From a virus, in IMG/VR virus record IMGVR_UViG_3300046796_000243, positions 4,373-68,372 of that record: a stretch of 64,000 nt of DNA; one strand, given 5' to 3'. This document shows, one piece after another, positions 35,701 to 46,600 of this stretch (positions are counted from its first letter, which is position 1; the number at the start of each line of letters is the position of its first letter). The notes under the pieces are model-generated. The model was not told the origin of the DNA. It worked only from the letters and a program-made list of their open reading frames with translations, and searched no databases. A program made the position numbers and the translations under genes.

Positions 35701-38088
35701 ATGGCCGGTTCATCAGCCAGCGTAAGCCACAGCGAAAGCCAATCCGACACCTACATCCCGGAGTATTCCGAGACACCCATCCTGCAGGAGATCGCCCTGC
35801 ATGCGCGGGCGATGTCGGACACCGTCTACAACTGGGGCATGGACCGGTTCAACAAGAACCAGGGTGACATCGACTCGTTGATGCGCGATGCGCTGTCCTA
35901 CGCTTCGCCGCAGCGTATCGCCGTCGACATGGGGATGGCGGAAGCGGGTGTACAGCAGGCCGGCGAGCGTGGCCGTCTCAGTGCGATCCGCGACCTGGAG
36001 TCCTACGGCATCGATCCGTCGTCCGGCCGCTATGCGCAGCTCGACAGCGCCAACCGGGTCATGACGGCAGCTTCCGCGGCCGGTGCCGGCAACCAGCAGC
36101 GCATGGCCGACCAGGCCGCCGGCAACGCGATGCGCCAGCAGGCGCTCGCGGCCGGGATGCAGAACGCCCAGTTCGGGCTGGGCGTCGGTGATTCCGCCAA
36201 CAAATTCCTGAACACGGCCTCGCAGCTGAAATATCCGCCGCTGGGTCGCAAGTCGACTTCTGTCTCCGACAGCGCGAGCAAGAGCGTACAGACCGACAAG
36301 CCCGATCAACCGAAATCGCCGCAGGATCCGAAGCAGCAGCAGGAGCAGCAGCCGAAGGGTGGCGCCGGTGCCGGCGACAAGGCGGCCAAGGCGGCCAAGC
36401 CACAGCCCCAGAAGGACAAGCCGCCGAAGGAAGAAGAGGATCCGACAAAGCCAAAAGAGACTGGGGAAGACGAATCGGATACCGGGGATCTGGCAAAAGA
36501 AGGCCAGCGCCTGGTTGGCGAGGTGCCGGACCCGTCCGAGTACGAAGGCAAGATGCCGCCGATCCCCGATCCGGCAGAACCCGACTTTTCCGATATCACG
36601 CCCAATACCGGCTATGCCCAGCCCGACCAGACCGCCGGGACCGAGGATCCAAACAACCTTACGGGTTACGCCCAGCCTGACCAGACCACCGGGACTGAAG
36701 ACCCCAACAATCTGTCTCCGACCTATCAGCCCAACACCACGGCAGGAACCGAGGATCCATACAACATCTCCCCGGACCAGGGACCGGCAAGCCCGTCCGG
36801 CGGGGTACAGCGCGGGAACGATCTGGAGGGAGTACCGAACGGCCAACCGTTTGATCCAAATACACCGACGTCGGGCTACGACCCTTATGAGGGCAACGTC
36901 CAGAACGCTTCCTTCACCAGGGGTATCGACCCGGACACCGGGCAGCCGGTCAGCAACACCGATGCTGAAACCAACCAGGATCCGACCGGCAGCCTCTACG
37001 GGATCGATCCGTCAGGCGGTGGCGACTGGACACTCGATGTCGCGCAGCCGACCGCGGCCGACTGGGGTGATACCCAGACAACGGATTTCGGCGACCAGCA
37101 GGGCACCTACGACTCCACGCTCGACACCTGGACCGATGCCGGCGGGGACTATCAGGCGCCGCAGGACGTCCAGTACGACGACACCGGCGATACCGGCGGG
37201 GACTTCACCTACGATTTTGGTCAGGACCAGGACTATTACGGCGACCAGACCTACGACTACGGCGACAACACCGGCGATTTCACCGACGCCGGCGACTACA
37301 CCGATCCCGGCTACGAGTACGACGATTCCGGCGACACCTACGATTTCGGCGACGATTCCAGCGACTTCACGGACTACGACGCCTATGACGATTCCGGTGA
37401 CGATTCCTACGAGGACTACGCCGACGACAGCGGCGACGATTACGCCGACGAGGGTGGTGGCGATTACGAGGACGACAGCGGCGATTATGAGGACTCCGGC
37501 AGCGGCGACGACGAGGGGTACGCGCGCGGCGGGCAAGTCAGAATGAGGAGAGGCGGCATGCCGACCGGTTTCCAGCAGCAACGACCCCAACGGCCGGGAC
37601 GCGGGCTGCCTCCACCGCCGCCTGGTGCTACGCGACTGGACCCACCGCCCCAGGCTCCGCGCCCGCAGCGTGGCGCACCGATGGCGCGGCCGGGTGGCCC
37701 CCGGCCGGGAGCAATGCCGCGCGGGCCGATGATGCCCGGCAACATGATATCGGCCAACGGCATGCCGCCGCCGACCGGGCAGATGCCGCAGCGGATGGCG
37801 GGTGGCGGTCAGGCCGGACGCCCAGAGCCGACCCGCGGCGGCTTCGTGTCGCGCGAGCTGTCGCCGTCGAGCGGCAGCCGGACCGACGACGTGCAGGCCC
37901 GGCTCAACGCCGGCGAATTCGTGATCCCCAAGGACGTCGCTGCCTTCAAGGGCAAGGAGTTCTTCTACAAGCTGATCGCCCAGGCCCGTAAGAACCGGAC
38001 CGGCGGCGGCCAGCCCCAGCAGCCACAGCAATCCCAGCGGCCCCAGCGGCCACAAACCGGCTATCGGCCGTCGCGAGGCATGCGATGA
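35701..38088 (+). CDS. internal virion/ejection protein with acidic D/Y-rich tract
   Basis: GIDPSSGR helical N-term, repeats, C-terminal TDDVQARLNAGEFVIP domain. Confidence 0.75.
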   Translation: MAGSSASVSHSESQSDTYIPEYSETPILQEIALHARAMSDTVYNWGMDRFNKNQGDIDSLMRDALSYASPQRIAVDMGMAEAGVQQAGERGRLSAIRDLESYGIDPSSGRYAQLDSANRVMTAASAAGAGNQQRMADQAAGNAMRQQALAAGMQNAQFGLGVGDSANKFLNTASQLKYPPLGRKSTSVSDSASKSVQTDKPDQPKSPQDPKQQQEQQPKGGAGAGDKAAKAAKPQPQKDKPPKEEEDPTKPKETGEDESDTGDLAKEGQRLVGEVPDPSEYEGKMPPIPDPAEPDFSDITPNTGYAQPDQTAGTEDPNNLTGYAQPDQTTGTEDPNNLSPTYQPNTTAGTEDPYNISPDQGPASPSGGVQRGNDLEGVPNGQPFDPNTPTSGYDPYEGNVQNASFTRGIDPDTGQPVSNTDAETNQDPTGSLYGIDPSGGGDWTLDVAQPTAADWGDTQTTDFGDQQGTYDSTLDTWTDAGGDYQAPQDVQYDDTGDTGGDFTYDFGQDQDYYGDQTYDYGDNTGDFTDAGDYTDPGYEYDDSGDTYDFGDDSSDFTDYDAYDDSGDDSYEDYADDSGDDYADEGGGDYEDDSGDYEDSGSGDDEGYARGGQVRMRRGGMPTGFQQQRPQRPGRGLPPPPPGATRLDPPPQAPRPQRGAPMARPGGPRPGAMPRGPMMPGNMISANGMPPPTGQMPQRMAGGGQAGRPEPTRGGFVSRELSPSSGSRTDDVQARLNAGEFVIPKDVAAFKGKEFFYKLIAQARKNRTGGGQPQQPQQSQRPQRPQTGYRPSRGMR
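36607..36770 (+). repeat. 3 x 54-bp coding tandem repeat (TGYAQPDQTxGTEDPNNL)
   Basis: Visible at DNA and protein level; third copy degenerate. Confidence 0.85.
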
Positions 38089-40691
38089 AAAGCATGGGTT
38101 ACGGCAGTTACAACGCCTATGGCGACAGCACGGTCCCGCATGGCGGGATGTATCCCGGCATGGCGTCGACGCCCCCGGCGCCCAGTGGGGATGCTTCGAC
38201 CGGAAGCGATGTCGGGGCCGATGGAGGCGGCGATGCTGGCGTGGGTTATCGGGAGGGCGGTCCTGTCCGTCCTGCTTCTAAGCGCGCTACTGTATTACGC
38301 GCTCCTGCTGGTGCTCGCCGCCCTGGTAAGCAGTCTCGTCCTAAGCGTCGTAAGGCTGTTACGGGTTACGCTGGAGGCGGTTCGGTCAATCCTCTCCTGA
38401 TGTCGGTGTCGCTGGACTCGCGTTCCAAGGGCGACACCCATGAGGAAGAGGATCGCGAGGCGTTGGCCACGCGGCCGGGTGGCGCACCCAGCGCGCCGCA
38501 GGAGTTCAGGCGGGGTGGCGAGGTCTACGACGACGACGAACAGGATGACGACGACCAGGAGCAGGAGCCGGCTGACGAGGAAGAGCTAGAGCCTGGCGGC
38601 TACACACTGGCTGGCGGACCGGATGAGATGCCCGAAGGCGAAGCCCCGGAGGAGCTACCAGAAGGCGAAGTGCCGGAGGAGCTGCCGGAAGGCGAAGCCC
38701 CGGAGGAGCTACCGGAATCTCCCGGCGGTGGTGGTGCGGGTGGCGGTGGCGGTGGCGCAGCTCCACAGCGCGCACCGACCGGCTATCAACAGCCGGAAGA
38801 GGAAGCCGCGCCCGGCGACGAAGCGCAGGCGACCGGTTACGGCCAACAGGCGCAGGCACAACCCAGGCCGGCGACCCCGCTCAAGGAGGTGCTCGACTAC
38901 ACACGCCGGCAGCTGGGTGTAACCGCGCCGCAGCAGGCGCCTGCGGCAGCGGAGTCACCGGACCAGCAGTTGACTGCCGCCAGCGCGGCAACGGTGCAGG
39001 CCGCCGGGCCGTCCGGTCAGACCGGGTCTACCGTCGACGAACCGGCCGAAACAGCGATCCCGCAGCCGCCCCCGCAGCAGGCGACCGCACCAGGAACCGA
39101 GCATGTGCCGGCTACGCCGTCCGTGCGAACGGAGCAGCAACCCGCCACGCCTTCCGGTCCCGGCAACAAGCAGGCGATCCAGGATTACGTGTCCGGGAAG
39201 GGTGCGTTCACGCCGGATCAGATGACGGAGATACTGGATCGGACCAACCAGACCGACCCTAATCTTGGACAAGAGGGTTCAATCAGAAAGGCGTTCCAGG
39301 GCCTGGTCGACAAGGGCGACGTGGACGGGGCGTCCAAGTTCGTGCAGGCGCTCCGTCCGTCCTACGACAGCATGCGCGCGCTGCTGATCGCCGCCACCGC
39401 CAAGGGCGACTTCACCACGGCGATGCAGATCGCCGGCCGGATGAACAGCCTGGTCCCGAGCGACGAGCAGGTCCGGTTCGACGAGACGGCGAACGGACAG
39501 ATCCTGGCGACCATCCAGCCTGCCGACGGCGGGCCGTCGACCTCGTTCACGCTGACGCCACAGCAGTTCGCGCAATACGCCAACTCGCCACTCAGCCTGT
39601 TCGATCACACCGCCGAACAGGGGATTGGGACCAATTTGTCGATGCTGACGGGCGGGCCGGGCCAGCAGGGATCGTCGGCGTCAGCCGCCGGCACCCAGTT
39701 CGCTGGTGGTGCAGCTCCTGGCGCAACGATGACCGACGCCGGACCAGCGACCGGCGCACAACCTCCGGCAGCTCGACCTCCAGTCACCGGTTTCAATCCC
39801 TATGGCGCCGGAGGTGATGATGCTGGTGGTCTGAAAGAACGGGGGTATCTGCGAGATACACCAGCGCCGAATCCGAACCGGCCGACAGTAGAGCCGATGG
39901 GACGGACCGCCCCCAGACAGGAATCGAACGCCATGAAGGCGTGGCGCGCGTTCCCCTACGACAACCAGCGCACCCAGCGGGGTCGCTACGAGGAACGGCT
40001 GACCATGCAGGATCGCCGCGATGCGGCGCGGGGTAAGCCAGAAGATCGGATGGCGATCGAGCAGCTCAAGTCCAAGGATCGCGTCGAGCGCACCAAGGCG
40101 ATGCTCATCAACAACTATTTGACCAACGGCACCAAGATCCAGAGCGAAGTCTTACACAGGTCTATGTCGGACTATCTGGCCCGGCAGAAATCATGGAACG
40201 ATGCCAATCAGGGCGTGCCCTACGTTTCGCGCGACCCGGAACAGCGGGCGCGGGACAACGCCATGTTCCAGTGGCTGAACAACAATCTCCAGAACTCCCA
40301 GATTGACTTCACCCAGCCCAGCGGCCGGCGCGCGCCAGGCGCGCCGCAACAGGCACCGGCGCAGGCGCAGCCGCGTCCGGCACAGGCCACACCGGCAGCA
40401 GCCCCGGCTGGAGCACCGCCGCCGCCACCGGCAGGCGTCGACCTCAAGACTTACAAGGGCACCGCCCCGCCCTACCAGCTCGCCCCGGCAGACAAGCAGG
40501 GCTGGCAGTGGTCCCACATGGAAGACGGTACCGGCTGGCTGCTGGTGCCGAGACAAAAGCCGGCCGCCGCAGCGCCCGCGCCAACGCCCGCGCCAACGCC
40601 CGCAGCGCCCAGGCCAGCGCCCGCGGCAACGCCCGAACCCGAGCCTGAGCCTGCCGCGCCGTGGCGGTCACGGCCACCGAGTTATGACTGA
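38085..40691 (+). CDS. internal virion/ejection protein (low-complexity, P/A/E-rich)
   Basis: ATGA coupling; position between ejection genes. Confidence 0.7.
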   Translation: MKSMGYGSYNAYGDSTVPHGGMYPGMASTPPAPSGDASTGSDVGADGGGDAGVGYREGGPVRPASKRATVLRAPAGARRPGKQSRPKRRKAVTGYAGGGSVNPLLMSVSLDSRSKGDTHEEEDREALATRPGGAPSAPQEFRRGGEVYDDDEQDDDDQEQEPADEEELEPGGYTLAGGPDEMPEGEAPEELPEGEVPEELPEGEAPEELPESPGGGGAGGGGGGAAPQRAPTGYQQPEEEAAPGDEAQATGYGQQAQAQPRPATPLKEVLDYTRRQLGVTAPQQAPAAAESPDQQLTAASAATVQAAGPSGQTGSTVDEPAETAIPQPPPQQATAPGTEHVPATPSVRTEQQPATPSGPGNKQAIQDYVSGKGAFTPDQMTEILDRTNQTDPNLGQEGSIRKAFQGLVDKGDVDGASKFVQALRPSYDSMRALLIAATAKGDFTTAMQIAGRMNSLVPSDEQVRFDETANGQILATIQPADGGPSTSFTLTPQQFAQYANSPLSLFDHTAEQGIGTNLSMLTGGPGQQGSSASAAGTQFAGGAAPGATMTDAGPATGAQPPAARPPVTGFNPYGAGGDDAGGLKERGYLRDTPAPNPNRPTVEPMGRTAPRQESNAMKAWRAFPYDNQRTQRGRYEERLTMQDRRDAARGKPEDRMAIEQLKSKDRVERTKAMLINNYLTNGTKIQSEVLHRSMSDYLARQKSWNDANQGVPYVSRDPEQRARDNAMFQWLNNNLQNSQIDFTQPSGRRAPGAPQQAPAQAQPRPAQATPAAAPAGAPPPPPAGVDLKTYKGTAPPYQLAPADKQGWQWSHMEDGTGWLLVPRQKPAAAAPAPTPAPTPAAPRPAPAATPEPEPEPAAPWRSRPPSYD
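38631..38717 (+). repeat. 3 x 27-bp coding tandem repeat (PEGEAPEEL)
   Basis: Direct repeat visible. Confidence 0.85.
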
Positions 40692-43600
40692 TGGACCCGG
40701 AAGACGAGAATGAAGAGGTACCGGAGGTAGCGCCGGATCCAGAACCGACGCCGCCGCCACGCGCGCCGCCCCCGGAGCCTGAACCGGAGCCGGAGCAACC
40801 GCCTCCGGCGGCGACCGCTGCCGCGCCCGGAGCGCCAAGGCGCGTGCTCTACGAAGACCCGGACGAAACAGGCCCGAAGCGGGTTCTCTACGAGGATCCC
40901 GACGAAGGCGCGTTCACCGCGTTCGCCCGCGAGATCGCACACGGTGTCGGTCCGGCGGCCGGCGGGGCGATTCTGGGCGCGGGTACCGGTGCCGTAGCCG
41001 GTGCCTTTACGGCTAACCCTATCGGTATCGGTGCCGCGGCCATCGGCGGCGCGATTGCTGGTGGTTACGGGGTCGACGTCGCGCAGGAAGCCGGGCTGCG
41101 CGCCCTGGGCGCGCCCGAAGACGCCGCGATCCGCCGCGCCAACGAGGCGGCGCACCCCTGGGCGACTTATGGCGGCAAGTTTCTCTCCAACGCCGCTGGC
41201 GGTGCGGCCGGTTTCGGGCGAGCCGCGATATCCGGTGGCGCGCGTCTGCTTGGCGGCGGTATCGGCGCGGCCTGGGAAACCGGCGTGGCGATCAACGAAA
41301 AGAAGTCATTCAAGGAGGCGCTGCCTGGCGTCCTGTCCAGCGCCGCCGGCGGTGCGACGTTCGCCGGCGAGCGGCCGTGGACACGGGGCGCGCAACGGGC
41401 GGCCGTTGCGGCCAGGCCCTATTACACCCGTCCTCCACCGCCCCCGCCGCCTCCCGCGCCTCCACCGCCGGTCACCCAGCCGGGTGTAAGAAACCGTGAT
41501 TGGACCGGTCCGCCGCAGGACGTGCCGCAGGCCACCGGGTTTCAGCAGGGTCAATTGCCGGGGATCGGCGACGTGCAGCCGTCGTTGCCGGGCATGGAGA
41601 GCCAGCCGCCGCCGATGCCCGGCCAGCAGCCGCGCCTGCCCGGCGAGCACGAACCGGGGCTGCCGTTCGAGCGGTCGACCATCGACGCCGAAGGCCAGTA
41701 CGGGTTTGACATCACCGCGCCGGACCCGCGCAACGCCAGCCGGAACGGCATGCCGCCCACGTCCGGGGTATCCGGCACCCCCGCGCCACCGGCAGCGGGT
41801 GTCCAGCCGCGCAGCAACACCGGCTATGCCAAGGAGGGGAGCTTCCCGGAAGCGCGCCCCTGGGCCAACGAACGGGAAGAGCGTCCGCACAGCGTCGTCG
41901 GCCAGGGCATCATGGCCGCTGCGGACGAGGTGCCGCCGAGGGCCGCTTCCGGCATCAACGTGATCCAGGCTGGTCAGATTGATCCCGACCTGGCTCTCGC
42001 CCACGGTTCGATTCCCCGGACCAAGGTCGAGCCGAACGCGCCGCAGCGCCCGCCGCCGGGACCGCCCGGACCACCGCAGCCCCCGCGCGCACCGGCCCCG
42101 CCGATCGAGCGGCGAGGTGTGCAGAACCCGGACTGGCAGGGACCGCCGGCGCCGATCCCGCGAAATCAACAGGTTATGGTCCGTCCGCCCGACACCACGC
42201 AGGGCGTGCTGGTCGAGCCGCCGGTGCGACCCGACCGGGTCCGGCTGTACCGCACCGATCCGCAGGCCCCGCGCGCCTTCACCACCGACCGCGCTGCCGC
42301 CCAGCAGTTCGGGCCGCTGCGCCATGTCGACGTCAACCGTGGCGAGCTGGCGGCGCAGTTCCGGCCGGGGCGGGACCAGGGCAGCTACGTCGCGCATCCG
42401 ATCTGGGAGCATCCGGCCTACCAGCGACGGGTGCAGCCAACCATGCAGCCGCGGACCCAGCCGACGCAGCGGCGCTGGCCGCCGCCGGAGTCGCCGCACG
42501 GGCCGCCGCCACCCCCAGCTCCACCACCCAGAGGAGGAGGTCCAGGGCCTGCAGGGCAGCCCCCCGGTGGACCCCGGATGGCTGACCCGCGGCTGGATGC
42601 GGCGGTCGCGCGCGCGGTAGGGGCACCGCCGTCAGGCGGCACGCCTCGCGGTCCGCGCCGCGCTGCGCCGGCGACACCTGCGCCGTCGCAGCCGTTCGCC
42701 AGCAGAGGCTTGCCGCAATACAGCCGCGAGCAGGCCAACGCGCTCGTCAATCGCCGTGACGTTCTGAACCGGGAGGCTGCCATACAGGGCATGACCCCGG
42801 AGGCGCTTCGAGCGAAAGCGATGGAGATCGTCCGAAGCCACGAAAGCCAGCCGGCACCGCCTCCCGCGCCCAAGCGACCCATAAATCTGCCGGATGACGC
42901 TGCGAATTACCAGAGTGCCCCGCCATGGGCGCAACCAGACCCGAACCCACCACAGGCGGCCAAGGTCGACAAGGTCGAGGCGTCGGTCCAGCGCAGCAGG
43001 AAGAAGTCGGACAAGGTCAACGCGCGCGAGGCTGCGCGCGAGGCGGCATCGCCACAGCCACCGCGCGGCCGGGGCAAGGTCGACGTGGAAGCCAGGAAGG
43101 CGAAGAACGACGAGTTCTCCAAGTGGCTCGACGAGGAGGCGAAGAAGCCCGGCTCCAAGGCCGAGGAATTCCGCAAGCTGGCGGACAAGGAGGTCGAGGT
43201 AAGCCGCGACGGCATGTCGAAGGAAGAGTGGAATCGCCGCAACGAGCTGCTTGACGATCTCAACGCGGAATTCGAGCAGCGGAAGCCAGCCGCCAAACCA
43301 GCCGAAGTGGACCATGCGGCGCTGGCGCAGGCACGGCACGAAGCAGCCGGCAAACTGCAGGAAGAAGCTCGCGCCATCCCCGAATACAAGACCAAGGGTA
43401 AAGGCAAGAACATCGGCGAGATGTTCCCCGAGGAGTTCGACGAATTCTCGTCGAAAAACCCCACGCATCCGGGCATCGAGAAGCGGTATGAGCGGGAAGA
43501 CACCCCCGGTACCTGGGAGCAGCGGGTACGCGATGCCTACGACGAGCGTAAGCATGACCTGGCAGCGATGGTCGCGGCGCGCGCGGAGCCGCAATTCAAG

Positions 43601-46600
43601 GAGTATCACGACCTGCAGGCCAAGCCGAACAAGACCCGTGCCGAATTCGATCGCCTCAACGCGCTGCACGACCAGATCTCTGCCCGCGCCGACGAGATCG
43701 CAAACGAGAAGCCGATTGCCAAGTCCAGGAAAGCCAAGGCTGAACCAGCCGCACCACCACGCGAGAAACCACCCAGGGAAACCGCACCGAAGAAGTTCGG
43801 TGTCGCGCCGGAGCTGGCCGAAGCCGCAATCGCGACGTCGAAAGCCAAGGCAGCAGCGGGAATCAAGCCTGCAGATGCCGGGCCGCGCAGCCTGCTTCAG
43901 CACATCCAGAAGCTGGGCGGCATCAAGCCCGACGACAAGGGCGAACTGGCCGCGGCGTTTGGCGGCAAGAAGAGCGGGATGTATCTCGCCATCGCCCGCA
44001 AGAACGGCATCCCGCTCGATCGGGTGGTGGAGAACGTCGCGCGCGGCGCGCCGGAAGAACGCTACCTGCATGAGGGCGCGGGCATCAGGGATCTCCTGGA
44101 TGCGCTCAAGGGCAGTCGAGATCACTACCCGGCTGGCGAGGAAGCCCACGTCCCCAAGTCCAAGCAGGAACGCTACGCCGAGGAGAACCGGGCCTACAAC
44201 GACAAGCAGGTTGATGAATTCCTCGCCGACCCGAAACGCGACCTGGCCGATTTTAAGGAAGGCGATCGGCAGCGGATGTACGACTTGATGGACACCGGGG
44301 ACTACGCCGACCCGGCCGCGGCCTACAAGAAGCTCGTCGAGGAACGCGGTGCCGGTAAGGAGCCGGACACCCGCGCCCAGATCGAGAAGGACATCGACGC
44401 CTGGGTCGAGTCTCCCGATCACGATTATTACGATCCGGGGATGCGCGACCGGATGGTCGAGCTGCTGGAGAAAGGGGATGCCAAGGATCCCGCTGACGCC
44501 CATGCCAAGGCGGTCGAGGAGTGGGACGTCAAGCAGCGGGAGTTCGAGGGCGACATCGGTCCACCCAAGGAGATCACGCCGCCGCCCGAGAAGAGCGTCG
44601 ATAACAAGCTCCAGGAAGTGATCCCCGGTGCCGGGAAGGACATGAAGACTGCGGCACAGCGCGCGGCCGACGCCCCGCTGAAGCCGACGCAGGCGCAGAA
44701 GGGGTCCGACTTCGGCATGTTTGCCGACAAGCAAAATGATATGTTCGATGCCCCGCCGAAGCCGAAGGAAGAGCCAAAGGCTGCAGCAAACGAGGTACCG
44801 GAAGGTTTCAAGGTCTTTGAACGCGACGGCAAGTGGATCACGGAGTCCATCGAGGGTCGTTGGGAAATAGCCAGCAAAACCCAAGCGGAAGCAATCAAGG
44901 AAGCCCACGACACCGTAAAATCATTGGAGAAACTTAAAGGCGGTAAGCCCGCCCGCGCCAGCGCCATAGAGGCAGCTGCCGAGAAGCATGGTGGGTTGGC
45001 TAAGGCCACTGAAGCCCTAGAAGGGCGACTGGCCGAGCGGGTCAAGGCGATCGAGGAAGGCACCGCGAAACCTGCCAGCTTCCCCGGCGCGCAGCGTCTC
45101 GCCATGACGCGCAAGGACATGGACGCTACACGCGCGGCAGCCAAGAACAACAAGCCGCAGGTGATTGCCACCGACAAGTTCGGCAACGAGGCCAAGTTCA
45201 CCGGCGCCACCGTGCATGAGGCTGCCGTGTTCGCGCGCGCTGCCGGCTACAAGCCAGACCAGATCAAGCTGTTGAGCGGTGCCCCCTACGTGCCGCCGAA
45301 AGCAGCTGCGCCTGCAGCGCCCACACCCCCAGCTGCAGCGCCGCCGGCTGGCGGCGGTCGTCCCCCGCCGCCAGCTGCACCACCGCCGGCTGGCGGGACA
45401 CCGACCCCACCGCCACAGGGACCGGCCGGCTCCGTCGAGGCTGCGCGCGCGTCGATCCTGTCGCACGTCGCCAAGGAAGTGCCCTGGTACAAGAAGATTC
45501 CGACCAGCAAGGCCGAAGCCAAGGCGCTGTGGCGCACGTTCTACACCCAGGCCAAGAACGCCATGGACCCGTTCGACCAGGCCCGGAAGACGATCGAGCG
45601 GGAAACCGGGCAGCGGCTGTCGGAGGCAGACGACTTCGCCCAGCTGGCGCGCCTGACCAAGGGCCTGGGCGGCCGGTTCAAGCAGCTCATGCAGTACGGC
45701 ACCTATGACATCGACACCGGCAAGGTGAACGGCAAGGGACTGGACGAGGTGCTCAAGCCGGTCAACGACGACCCGAACGGCTTCACCGCCTATGCGATGT
45801 CCAAGCGGGTGATTGAGCTGGAGGGGCGCGGCATCAAGACCGGCATGAACCTGGCTGAAGCCAACCAGGTGGCGGCGGCGGACGCCGCCAAGTTCGAGCC
45901 GGTGTTCCGCGATCTGCACGCCTTCCAGGATCGCGTGCTGCAGAACATGGTCAGGTCCGGCATTCTGAGCGATGCCGCTGCCGCCAAGATGCGCCAGATG
46001 AACAAGGAGTACGTGCCGTTCTACCGGATGCTCGACCCCAGCAGCGAGCTGGGCCAGCAGCTGGGAAGCGGGCTGCAGACCAGGAATCCAATTTTCAGGA
46101 TCAAGGGGTCCGACAAGGATGTGTTCGACCCCATCACCTCGATCATCAAGAACACCTACGTCTTCACTGACCTGGCGCATCGCAACCAGGTCATCACCGC
46201 GATGAAGCGCGCCAACGACCTGATGCCGGCCGACAAGCAGTTCATGGTGCGCGACCGTTCCAGCCACCCGATCGAGGTGCAGCCGCAGGAGATTCAGAAG
46301 TTTCTGGACGCCCACGGCATCGAGGGCTTCGCCGACGACGCCATGACGATTTTCCGGCCCAACGCCTTCCGCCCGGCCGACGACAAGATCCGGCTCTACA
46401 ACAACGGCAAGGCCGAGGTCTACACGGTGCCGAAGGATATCGGCACCGCGGTCAACGCGCTGGACTCGCAGTCGATGGGCCTGTTCCTCAAGATCGCGGC
46501 GACCCCGGCCAGCCTGCTGCGCGCCGGTGCGGTGTTCTCGCCGGAGTTCATCGTGCGCAACCCGCTGCGCGATCTCCTGAGCGCCTTCATCCAGGCCAAG

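Noticed and set aside
36607-38717. Direct repeats as a CRISPR array or DGR template/variable repeats
   Set aside because: In-frame coding tandem repeats without spacers; no cas or reverse transcriptase gene
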